Assembly (NCBI GenBank): GCA_029961105.1
Contig: JASBVO010000012.1
Location: 90,501 to 154,500 of the forward strand
DNA length: 64,000 bases
Direction: 5' to 3'
DNA from: Micrococcus sp.
GTDB taxonomy: Bacteria; Actinomycetota; Actinomycetes; Actinomycetales; Micrococcaceae
Part shown: piece by piece, positions 9,710-17,774 of the stretch
Layout: the number at the start of each line of letters is the position of its first letter
Numbering within the stretch: the stretch's first letter is position 1
The notes under the pieces: generated by a model
Database searches by the model: none
What the model was told of the DNA's origin: nothing
Seen by the model: the letters and a program-made list of their open reading frames with translations, nothing else
Made by a program: the position numbers and the translations under genes

Positions 9710-10165
9710 ATGAGAGCCCTGCTGCAGCGCACCACGTCCGCCTCGGTCACCGTGGACGGCGAGGTGGTCGGGCGGCTGGAGGGACCGGGCCTGGTGGTCC
9801 TGCTGGGCGTGTCCGTGGAGGACACGGAGGCGGAGGCCGCGCAGCTGGCGGCCAAGGTGGCCGGGCTGCGCGTACTCGACGACGAGCAGTCGCTGGTCTC
9901 GGCCGGCGCGCCGGCGCTGGTGGTCAGCCAGTTCACGCTCTACGGGGATGTCCGCCGGGGCCGGCGGCCGTCCTGGACACGCTCCGCCCCCGCCGCGCAA
10001 GCCGAGCCGCTCTACGAACGGTTCACGGCGGAACTGGGCGGGCAGGGGGTGGCGGTCGAACGCGGCGTCTTCGGCGCGATGATGGAGCTGTCCCTGGTCA
10101 ACTCCGGTCCCTTCACGGTGTGGGTGGACACCGATGAGCTGAAGGGGCCGCGGCGCGGCGGGTGA
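9710..10165 (+). CDS. dtd: D-aminoacyl-tRNA deacylase
   Basis: MRALLQRTTSASVTVDGEVVG...VVSQFTLYGD...GAMMELSLVNSGPFTVWVD, the Dtd fold signature. I prefer ATG 9710 (MRALLQR matches typical Dtd N-termini) over ATG 9692. Confidence 0.88.
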   Translation: MRALLQRTTSASVTVDGEVVGRLEGPGLVVLLGVSVEDTEAEAAQLAAKVAGLRVLDDEQSLVSAGAPALVVSQFTLYGDVRRGRRPSWTRSAPAAQAEPLYERFTAELGGQGVAVERGVFGAMMELSLVNSGPFTVWVDTDELKGPRRGG

Positions 10166-10201
10166 GGCCGGGCGTCCGGTGCGGCCCGACGCCGGCCCGG
10201 A

Positions 10202-10426
10202 TCACCGCTGGCGCGACGCCCAGATCCGCACGGCGACGAGCTGGGCGCTGACGCCGCCCGCGCCGGCGATGGCCCACCGGAGCAGCATGGGCCACTCGGT
10301 GGTCGTGTCGATCAGCATGCTGAGGCCGAACGCCACCACGAGCAACGGCAGCAGCCGTACCGCCGTGGGCGGCACCACCCGCTGGACCCGGTCCGCGGGG
10401 TCGGTACCGCCCTGCGGTTCCGTCAC
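10202..10426 (-). CDS. small (74 aa) two-TM membrane protein, function unknown
   Basis: GTG start forms a GTGA overlap with the aspS stop. Two hydrophobic helices ([34 protein letters not shown]). The rest of the 259-aa ORF in the track is antisense/out-of-frame noise over aspS. Confidence 0.45.
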   Translation of the reverse strand: MTEPQGGTDPADRVQRVVPPTAVRLLPLLVVAFGLSMLIDTTTEWPMLLRWAIAGAGGVSAQLVAVRIWASRQR

Positions 10427-12255
10427 GCCCCGGCGCCGTCCGCTGCCGGCCGAGCCTCGACGGGCTGCTTCGGCTCCGGCTTGGCGTCCACGCCGGCCTC
10501 CTTGCGCTGCTGCGGCGTGATGGGCGCGGGAGCGGCGGTCAACGGGTCGTAGCCGTTGCCGGTCTTCGGGAAGGCGATGACCTCGCGGATCGAGTCGGCA
10601 CCGGCGAGCAGGGCGACGATGCGGTCCCAGCCGAAGGCGATGCCCCCGTGCGGCGGGGCACCGTACTGGAAGCCCTCGAGCAGGAACCCGAACTTGGACT
10701 GGGCGGACTCCTTGTCCAGGCCCATCAGGCGGAACACCCGCTTCTGGACCTCGGCCTGGTGGATACGGATGGACCCGCCGCCCACCTCGTGGCCGTTGAC
10801 CACGATGTCGTAGGCGTAGGACAGTGCGTTCTCCGGGTCGGTGTCGAAGGTGTCCAGGTACTCCGGCTTCGGCGAGGTGAAGGCGTGGTGCACGGCCGTC
10901 CAGGCGCCCGAGCCCACGGCCACGTCCCCGGAGGCCACCGCGTCGGCGGCCGGTTCGAACATGGGTGCGTCCACGACCCACGCGAAGGCCCAGTCGGCCT
11001 CGGCCGCGGGCACGTCCGGCCCGGCGTCCTTGACCAGGCCCACCCGGTGGCCGATCTCCACGCGGGCCGCACCGAGCAGTGCGCGCGAGGGCTTGGCCTC
11101 CCCGGCCGCGAAGAAGACGCAGTCACCGGGCTTCGCGCCGGTGGCCTCGGCCAGGCCGGCCTTCTCCGTCTCGGAGATGTTCTTGGAGACCGGGCCGGTC
11201 AGGGAGCCGTCCTCCTGCACCAGCACGTAGGCCAGTCCCTTCGCCCCGCGCTGCTTGGCCCACTCCTGCCAGGCGTCCAGGGTGCGGCGCGGCTGGGCGG
11301 CCCCGCCGGGCATCACCACGGCGCCCACGTAGGGGGCCTGGAACACGCGGAAGGGGGTGTCCGCGAAGTACTCGGTGAGGTCCGTCAGCTCCAGGCCGAA
11401 ACGCAGGTCCGGCTTGTCCGAGCCGTACTTCTCCATGGCCTCCTGGTAGGTGATCCGGCGGATCGGGGTGGGGACGTCCACGCCGACCAGGGACCACACC
11501 GCCTTCACGATCCGCTCGCCGAGGGAGATGATGTCGTCCTGCTCCACGAACGAGGCCTCGATGTCCAGCTGGGTGAACTCGGGCTGGCGGTCCGCCCGGA
11601 AGTCCTCGTCCCGGTAGCAGCGGGCGATCTGGAAGTACTTCTCGATGCCGCCGACCTGCAACAGCTGCTTGAACAGCTGCGGGGACTGGGGCAGGGCATA
11701 CCAGGAACCGGGCGCCAGACGGGCCGGCACCAGGAAGTCCCGGGCGCCCTCGGGCGTGGAGCGGGTCAGCGTGGGGGTCTCGACCTCGATGAACCCCTCG
11801 GCGTGCAGCAGCTCGCGCGCGGTGCGGTTCACCTCGGAGCGCAGGCGCATGATCCGCGCCGGTTCCGGGCGGCGCAGGTCCAGGTAGCGGTGCCGCAGCC
11901 GGGCCTCCTCGCCGACCTCCACGTGCTCGTCCACCTGGAACGGCAACGGGGCGGCGGTGTTGAGCACGGTCACGGTGTCCGTGATCAGCTCGACCTCGCC
12001 CGAGGGCAGGTTCGGGTTCTCGTTGCCCTCCGGCCGGCGCTCCACGGTGCCGGTGACCTGGAGGACGAACTCGTTGCGCAGCGGGTCGAAGTCCTTCTCC
12101 TCCCGCACCACGACCTGGGCGAACCCGGACGCGTCCCGCAGGTCGACGAAGGCCACCCCTCCGTGGTCACGGCGGCGGGCCACCCAGCCGGTGACGGTGA
12201 CGGTCTGTCCAATGAGCGAGGCGTTCAATTCGCCCAGCTGGTGGGTGCGCAGCAC
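10423..12255 (-). CDS. aspS: aspartate--tRNA ligase
   Basis: 610-aa ORF starting [44 protein letters not shown] (OB anticodon-binding domain), with class II motifs [24 protein letters not shown] and GGGSIRIH. Confidence 0.97.
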   Translation of the reverse strand: MLRTHQLGELNASLIGQTVTVTGWVARRRDHGGVAFVDLRDASGFAQVVVREEKDFDPLRNEFVLQVTGTVERRPEGNENPNLPSGEVELITDTVTVLNTAAPLPFQVDEHVEVGEEARLRHRYLDLRRPEPARIMRLRSEVNRTARELLHAEGFIEVETPTLTRSTPEGARDFLVPARLAPGSWYALPQSPQLFKQLLQVGGIEKYFQIARCYRDEDFRADRQPEFTQLDIEASFVEQDDIISLGERIVKAVWSLVGVDVPTPIRRITYQEAMEKYGSDKPDLRFGLELTDLTEYFADTPFRVFQAPYVGAVVMPGGAAQPRRTLDAWQEWAKQRGAKGLAYVLVQEDGSLTGPVSKNISETEKAGLAEATGAKPGDCVFFAAGEAKPSRALLGAARVEIGHRVGLVKDAGPDVPAAEADWAFAWVVDAPMFEPAADAVASGDVAVGSGAWTAVHHAFTSPKPEYLDTFDTDPENALSYAYDIVVNGHEVGGGSIRIHQAEVQKRVFRLMGLDKESAQSKFGFLLEGFQYGAPPHGGIAFGWDRIVALLAGADSIREVIAFPKTGNGYDPLTAAPAPITPQQRKEAGVDAKPEPKQPVEARPAADGAGA

Positions 12256-12410
12256 GAGGGTCCTTCCGGTCCCGGTTCACCGGGATGTTGGTCTGGTGTG
12301 GTAGGTCTTCAGCCGTCAGCACCGCACGGACACGATACGTCCTGCCGCCGGCCGGCTCCGGATGATTCTAGTCCGTGGCCCGGAACAGATTCCCCACGCG
12401 AGGACCGACC

Positions 12411-13682
12411 ATGCCCCAGACGCCTTCCCCCACGGACTCCCCCACCACCCTGCAGCGCCGCCTGGGCCTGCCCGGGGCGATCGTCATCGGGGTGGGATCG
12501 ATGGTCGGGGCCGGCGTGTTCACGTCCCTGGGCCTGGCGGCCTCCACGGCAGGACCGCTGCTGCTGGTGGCCCTCGCCCTGGCCGGCGCCACCGCCTGGG
12601 TCAATGCCACGTCCACCGCCCAGCTCGCGGCCGTGCACCCGACGTCGGGCGGCGCCTACGTTTACGGTCGCCGCCAGCTGGGCGACTGGGCCGGCTTCGT
12701 GGCCGGCTGGGGCTTCGTCACGGGCAAGTCCGCGTCCATCGCCGCCATGGCGTACACCTTCGCCCTCTATCTGCTCCCCGCCGGTGACTGGACGGCCCGC
12801 TGGGTCGCGATCGCCGCCGTCGTGGCCGTGACCGGCGTGAACCTGGCCGGGATCACGCGCACGGTGCAGGCGACCGTGGTCATCCTCGTCCCAGTGCTGA
12901 TCGTCCTGCTCGCGGTGATCCTGGCCGGGATCGGCGCGGACCGGGGCGACGCCGTCACGCCCAGCACCCCGGAGGTCACGGTGCTCGGTGTGCTGCAGGG
13001 CGCCGGGCTGCTATTCTTCGCCTTCGCCGGCTATGCGCGCATCGCCACGATGGGCGAGGAGGTCCGGTCGCCGCGGCGCACCATTCCCCGGGCCGTCTTC
13101 GGAGCACTGGTGTTCACGCTCGTGCTCTACCTGCTGCTGGCCCTCAGCCTGCTCAGCGTCCTCGGCGCCGACGGTCTCGGGCGGACGGCCACCGCGGTGC
13201 GCGACGCCGTCGAGATCCTGTTCGGGGCGGAGTGGGTGTGGCTGGCCGTGCTCGGCGCGGCCCTGGCCTGCCTGGGCTCGATGCTCAACCTGGTGGCCGG
13301 AATCTCCCGGACCGGGCTCGCGATGGCGCGGGAGGGCGACCTGCCCCGGCCCCTGGCACGGATCTCGGCGCGGACGTCCGTGCCGTGGGTGGCCCAGCTG
13401 GCGGCGGCGGCGGTGGTCATCGTGCTGCTGCTGACCGCCGATGTGCTCACCGTGGTGGGCTTCTCGTCCTTCGGCGTGCTGGTGTACTACGCCGTGGCCA
13501 ACCTCTCCGCTTTCACGCTGACCGAGCGGGTGGTCCCGGGGCCGCGCTGGCTCAACCTCGCCGGTGCGGCGGCCTGCCTGCTGCTGGCCTTCACGCTGCC
13601 GTGGCAGTCGGTGCTGGTGATGCTGGCGGTCTTCGCCGTGGGCCTGGCCGGCCGGGCCCTGGTGCGGTTCAGGCGCCGGTGA
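12411..13682 (+). CDS. APC-family amino acid/polyamine permease
   Basis: About 12 predicted TM helices with an N-terminal GAIVIGVGSMVGAGVF motif typical of APC transporters. ATG 12411 has AGGA 6 nt upstream, and the ORF-track start at 12375 is also possible. The 3' end overlaps hisS by 14 bp. Confidence 0.85.
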   Translation: MPQTPSPTDSPTTLQRRLGLPGAIVIGVGSMVGAGVFTSLGLAASTAGPLLLVALALAGATAWVNATSTAQLAAVHPTSGGAYVYGRRQLGDWAGFVAGWGFVTGKSASIAAMAYTFALYLLPAGDWTARWVAIAAVVAVTGVNLAGITRTVQATVVILVPVLIVLLAVILAGIGADRGDAVTPSTPEVTVLGVLQGAGLLFFAFAGYARIATMGEEVRSPRRTIPRAVFGALVFTLVLYLLLALSLLSVLGADGLGRTATAVRDAVEILFGAEWVWLAVLGAALACLGSMLNLVAGISRTGLAMAREGDLPRPLARISARTSVPWVAQLAAAAVVIVLLLTADVLTVVGFSSFGVLVYYAVANLSAFTLTERVVPGPRWLNLAGAAACLLLAFTLPWQSVLVMLAVFAVGLAGRALVRFRRR

Positions 13683-15021
13683 CCCGGGGGCGCAGGTCCT
13701 CGTGCGGCGGCATCCAGGCCTGCGGGTCCGCCGGGACCTGCTCCCCCGAACGGATGTCCTTGACCTCGTGGACCGTCTGGCCGTCGTCGGTGCGGGTGAA
13801 CCAGACGAACGGGATGCCGCGGCGGTCGGCGTACTTGATCTGCTTGCCGAACTTCTCCGCCGAGACCGCCACCTCGGTCGGGATGCCGCGGGAGCGCAGC
13901 GCCCGGGCGGTGTCCTGCGCGGCCGACCAGTCGTCGTCGTGGGTCAGGGCGACGTAGACCGCGGTGGGCACCGAGCGGGAGGCGGTGGCCATCTGGGTCG
14001 AGAACATCCGCATCAGCAGCCGGGTGACGCCGATCGACAGGCCCACGCCCGGGAAGGTGCGATTGCCCTTGGCGGCGAGGGCGTCGTAGCGGCCGCCGGA
14101 GCAGATGGAGCCGAGCTGTTCGTGGCCGGCCAGCACGGTCTCGTAGACGGTGCCCGTGTAGTAGTCGAGCCCGCGGGCGATCGACAGGTCCGCGACGGCG
14201 CGGCCCGGGGCGCGGCGGTGCAGCTCGCCGACGACGGCGGCCAGCTCCTCGAGCCCTTCGTCCAGCAGGTTGTGGGTCACCCCGAGGGCGCGGACCCGCT
14301 CCACGAAGGAGGTGTCCTGGGTGCGGATGGCGGCCAGGGCCAGCGCCTGGTCGGCCTGGTCCGCGGTGGCCCCGAGCTCCGACTGCAGCAGCCGGGAGAC
14401 CTCGGCGGGGCCGATCTTCTCGAGCTTGTCGATGTTGCGCAGCACCCCGGCGGTGTCCGTCAGCCCCAGCCCGCGGTAGAAGCCCTCGGCGAGCTTGCGG
14501 TTGTTGATCCGGATGGTGAAGTCCCCGATGGGCAGCGCCGCCAGGGCCTCGGCCATCACGAGGGCCACGTCCACGTCGTAGCGGAACGGCAGCGAGCCGT
14601 CGCCGACGACGTCGATGTCCGCCTGGGTGAACTCCCGGGCGCGGCCCTCCTGGGGACGCTCACCGCGCCACACCTTCTGGATCTGGTAGCGACGGAACGG
14701 GAAGGACAGGTGGCCGGCGTTCTCCACGACGTAGCGGGCGAACGGGACGGTCAGGTCGAAGTGCAGGGCGAGCCGGTTGGGATCCTCCGCCTGCTCGGCG
14801 CGTTCGCCCGGATCGGCCTGCAGCCGGGAGACCGCGTAGACCTCCTTGTCGATGTCCCCCTTGCGCAGCAGCTGCCCCAGCGTCTCCACGGCCCGCGTCT
14901 CGATGGAGGAGAAGCCGTGCAGTTCGAAGGTGGTCCGCAGGGTGTCCAGCACGTGCTGCTCAACGATCCGTTCGGCGGGGAGCCACTCGTGGAAACCGGA
15001 CAGGGAAGCCTTGCGGGACAT
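13669..15021 (-). CDS. hisS: histidine--tRNA ligase
   Basis: From ATG 15021 (GAAGG upstream): MSRKASLSGFHEWLPAERIVEQHVLD..., class II motifs (FRRYQIQKVWRGERPQEGRAREFTQAD, GGRYD) and a C-terminal anticodon-binding domain. Confidence 0.93.
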   Translation of the reverse strand: MSRKASLSGFHEWLPAERIVEQHVLDTLRTTFELHGFSSIETRAVETLGQLLRKGDIDKEVYAVSRLQADPGERAEQAEDPNRLALHFDLTVPFARYVVENAGHLSFPFRRYQIQKVWRGERPQEGRAREFTQADIDVVGDGSLPFRYDVDVALVMAEALAALPIGDFTIRINNRKLAEGFYRGLGLTDTAGVLRNIDKLEKIGPAEVSRLLQSELGATADQADQALALAAIRTQDTSFVERVRALGVTHNLLDEGLEELAAVVGELHRRAPGRAVADLSIARGLDYYTGTVYETVLAGHEQLGSICSGGRYDALAAKGNRTFPGVGLSIGVTRLLMRMFSTQMATASRSVPTAVYVALTHDDDWSAAQDTARALRSRGIPTEVAVSAEKFGKQIKYADRRGIPFVWFTRTDDGQTVHEVKDIRSGEQVPADPQAWMPPHEDLRPRVTGA

Positions 15022-15194
15022 GGACGACCTTCTGTAGGGAGGGGTGCGGTGAGAGGCCGGGCGAGCCCGGTGAGGCTCGGGCCACGGGGTGTTCGGCATC
15101 CCATTCTAGGTCCAGCCGGTACTCTGGACCTGATCGTGTCCAGTCGTCCCTGCGGCCGCCAGTCGGTGCAGGGCACCAACAGGGAGTTCCAGCG

Positions 15195-17027
15195 GTGACG
15201 ACCAGTCAGCAACCCGACGACCAGCAGTCCATCCCCCAGCCGGCTGAGCAGGCCGTGCAGGAGGACCAGGAGCAGTCCGTTCAGCAGGACCAGGAGCAGT
15301 CCGTGCAGGACGCGCCGCAGCAGGACCCCGAGCAGCCCGCCGCGGTCGCCGCGGAGGAGCCCGTGGCCGAGCAGGCCGGGGCCGAGGCGTCCGCAGGAGC
15401 GCCGGCCGCTTCCCTGGCGGAGGCCGCGACGGAGGACGTCCTGGCCTCCGTGAAGGCCTACGGCGAGGCCGCGGACGCGCGCCCCGAGCCCGCCACCGCC
15501 CCTGACGCCGCCACCGCCCCTGACGCCGCCGGCGCACCGGAGGCCGGCGAGCCGGCCGAGGCTCTCGTGACCGCCGAATCCGCCGGGACCGCGGCCGGGC
15601 CGACGTCGGGAGCCCCGGAACCGAACGGCCGGCAGCCGGGCGCACCGAAGCCGGCAGGCCGGCCCAAGCCCTCCGGGATGCCGAAGCCGAAGGCCGCGGC
15701 CGGCCGCCCGGCGGCGCCCGGCAAGGCCTCCGCCGCCCCGGTCACTCCCCTGCCCGCGCCGACCTACTCGACCCCGGTGGAGGAGGCGGCGAAGTTCGCC
15801 ACCGTCAGCGAGGACGGCCATGTCACCCTGATCGACGGCGAGGAACGGCACCCGGTGGGACAGTTCCCCGACGGCACCGCCCAGGAGGCCATCGCCTACT
15901 TCTCGCGGAAGTATGACGAGGTCGTCTCCCAGCTGATGCTGCTGGAGCAGCGCGTCGCCACCGGCGCGCCCGCCGGTGAGATCCAGAAGACCCTGGGCCA
16001 CCTGCGCCAGACCATCGCCGAGCGCGGCATGGTCGGGGACATGCCCGCCCTGCGCGCCCGGGTCGAGGCCCTGCAGACGCGCCTGGACGACCTCAAGGTC
16101 GCCGAGCGCATCGCCCTGGAGAAGGCCCAGGCGGAACAGCTCGCCGTCCGGGAGGCGATCGTGGCGGAGGCCGAGGCGCTCGCGGCCAAGGACCCCGCCC
16201 AGGTGCAGTGGAAGCAGACCAGTGCCCGCATGGCGGAGCTGTTCGAGGACTGGAAGACGGCACAGAAGGCCGGTCCCCGCCTCGGCAAGTCCGTCGAGGA
16301 CGGGCTGTGGAAGCGGTTCCGCGCGGCACGGACCACCCTGGACAAGCACCGTCGCGCCTACTTCTCCCAGCTGGACGCCACCAATGCCCAGGCCAAGTCC
16401 GTCAAGGAGAAGCTGATCGCCCGCGCCGAGGCGCTGTCCACGTCCACCGACTGGGGACCCACGGCCGGCGCCTACCGCGACCTGATGGACGAGTGGAAGG
16501 CCGCACCCCGGGCCTCGCGCAAGGAGGACGACGCCCTGTGGGCGCGCTTCCGTGCCGCCCAGGACGTCTTCTTCGACGCGCGCAAGTCCGCCAACGACGA
16601 GATCGACCGCGAGTACGGCGACAACCTCAAGGTCAAGGAGCAGATCCTCGCCGAGGGCCAGAAGCTGCTGCCCGTCAAGGACGTCAAGGCCGCACGCAAG
16701 GCCCTGAACGAGCTGCGCAGCCGCTGGGAGGACGCCGGACGGGTGCCGCGCAAGGACGTCTCCCGCATGGAGACGGCCTTCCGCAAGCTCGAGGAGGGCC
16801 TGAAGTCCGCCGAGGACGAGCACTGGCGCAAGACCAACCCCGAGACGAAGGCCCGGACGAACTCCGCGCTGAGCCAGCTCGAGGACAAGGTCGCCGAACT
16901 CGAGGACGACCTCTCGAGGGCCCAGGCCAAGGGTGACGCCCGCGCCATCAAGAAGGCCCAGGAGGCCCTCGACGCCCGGCGGATGTGGCTGGAGACGCTG
17001 CAGAAGTCGGCGCAGGGACTGCGCTGA
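15195..17027 (+). CDS. DUF349 domain-containing protein
   Basis: 610 aa, with a GTG start and GGGAG 8 nt upstream. Low-complexity Q/E/A/P N-terminal third, then repeated ~75-aa helical units with the W..F.....D.....Y signature (WKRFRAARTTLDKHRRAYF; WARFRAAQDVFFDARK; RWEDAGRVPRKD) typical of DUF349. Confidence 0.85.
   Translation: MTTSQQPDDQQSIPQPAEQAVQEDQEQSVQQDQEQSVQDAPQQDPEQPAAVAAEEPVAEQAGAEASAGAPAASLAEAATEDVLASVKAYGEAADARPEPATAPDAATAPDAAGAPEAGEPAEALVTAESAGTAAGPTSGAPEPNGRQPGAPKPAGRPKPSGMPKPKAAAGRPAAPGKASAAPVTPLPAPTYSTPVEEAAKFATVSEDGHVTLIDGEERHPVGQFPDGTAQEAIAYFSRKYDEVVSQLMLLEQRVATGAPAGEIQKTLGHLRQTIAERGMVGDMPALRARVEALQTRLDDLKVAERIALEKAQAEQLAVREAIVAEAEALAAKDPAQVQWKQTSARMAELFEDWKTAQKAGPRLGKSVEDGLWKRFRAARTTLDKHRRAYFSQLDATNAQAKSVKEKLIARAEALSTSTDWGPTAGAYRDLMDEWKAAPRASRKEDDALWARFRAAQDVFFDARKSANDEIDREYGDNLKVKEQILAEGQKLLPVKDVKAARKALNELRSRWEDAGRVPRKDVSRMETAFRKLEEGLKSAEDEHWRKTNPETKARTNSALSQLEDKVAELEDDLSRAQAKGDARAIKKAQEALDARRMWLETLQKSAQGLR
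15264..15311 (+). repeat. 24-bp in-frame tandem duplication in the DUF349 gene
   Basis: GACCAGGAGCAGTCCGT occurs at 15264 and again at 15288 (period 24 bp), encoding DQEQSVQQ/DQEQSVQD. A second 18-bp duplication, GCCACCGCCCCTGACGCC, lies at 15492-15527 (ATAPDA x2). Confidence 0.8.
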
Positions 17028-17066
17028 CACCCCGATCCACACCCGCCCGCGCGCGGTGAGTTGTCC

Positions 17067-17103
17067 ACAGTGAGGGCCTGGCCGCGTGCCGGGCCCTCAC
17101 TGT
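17067..17103 (+). terminator. stem-loop terminator candidate after the DUF349 gene
   Basis: 12-bp perfect stem ACAGTGAGGGCC / GGCCCTCACTGT, with extra GGC/GCC pairing inside the loop, 40 nt after the stop at 17027. No clean U-tract. Confidence 0.55.
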
Positions 17104-17121
17104 TGCTGTCAGTCTGGTGGA

Positions 17122-17754
17122 GTGTTCACGACGCCGCCCCAGCAGTTCTCCCGGGAATCGTTCCTGGTGCCGGGCCTGCCCTTCTCGGCGCCCGAGCTGC
17201 GGGGCATGGAGCTGTCCGGCCTCCTGGTCCACGTCATGGGGGACCTCTACCTCCCCGCGGGGTCGAACCCGCCGGCCCGCGACCCCGGCGGGGCCAGCAG
17301 GATGCGCGCGGCCGCCGTGCTCCGGCTGGCGGAACCGGTGCTGTCCGGGCCGTGGGTGGCCATCGGGCTGACCGCGGCCTGGGTACACGCCGGTGGTGCG
17401 GCGCCCGGTGTCCTGGAGGCCTCCGTGGACCGCTACCACCGCCGGCCGCTGTATCCCGGAGCGGTGGGGCTGCGCCTGGAGCAGTCCGGCCTCGCCCCGC
17501 CACCGCGGGGCGGCGAGGCCGGGGACGGACGCGACGTGGTGCCGGTGCACGGCCTGTGGTGCACGGCGGTCGACCGCACCGTCGAGGACCTGCTGCGCCA
17601 CGGCCCCACGCGACCGGAGCTCACGGCGGCGGAGCTGCTGCTGGCCCGTTGCGATCCCGGCCGGCTGCGCGAGCGCTTCGAGGCCCGGCGCCGCCGGCCC
17701 GGGATGGCCGCCGCTCGGGCTGCCCTGATGGACCTGCTAGCCCACGAGCGGTGA
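17122..17754 (+). CDS. hypothetical protein, weakly AbiEi-antitoxin-like (tentative)
   Basis: I place the start at GTG 17122 because codons before it are low in GC3 and lie inside the terminator hairpin. N-terminus FSAPELRGMELSGLLVHVMGDLYLPAG and a later CTAVDRTVEDLLRH resemble the winged-helix and TspeRTllDl motifs of AbiEi/COG5340 proteins, recognised from memory only. Confidence 0.5.
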   Translation: MFTTPPQQFSRESFLVPGLPFSAPELRGMELSGLLVHVMGDLYLPAGSNPPARDPGGASRMRAAAVLRLAEPVLSGPWVAIGLTAAWVHAGGAAPGVLEASVDRYHRRPLYPGAVGLRLEQSGLAPPPRGGEAGDGRDVVPVHGLWCTAVDRTVEDLLRHGPTRPELTAAELLLARCDPGRLRERFEARRRRPGMAAARAALMDLLAHER

Positions 17755-17774
17755 CGCCGGGACCCGGCGCGTGG

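Noticed and set aside
10166-10201. Terminator hairpin between convergent dtd and the small aspS-coupled ORF
   Set aside because: Only a 6-bp GC stem (GGCGTC/GACGCC) with an 11-nt loop could be drawn. Too weak to call.
12256-12410. T-box or riboswitch leader for aspS or the divergent permease
   Set aside because: The region is ~150 bp, shared by two divergent genes. I found no specifier-loop or T-box sequence and no extended conserved-looking structure.
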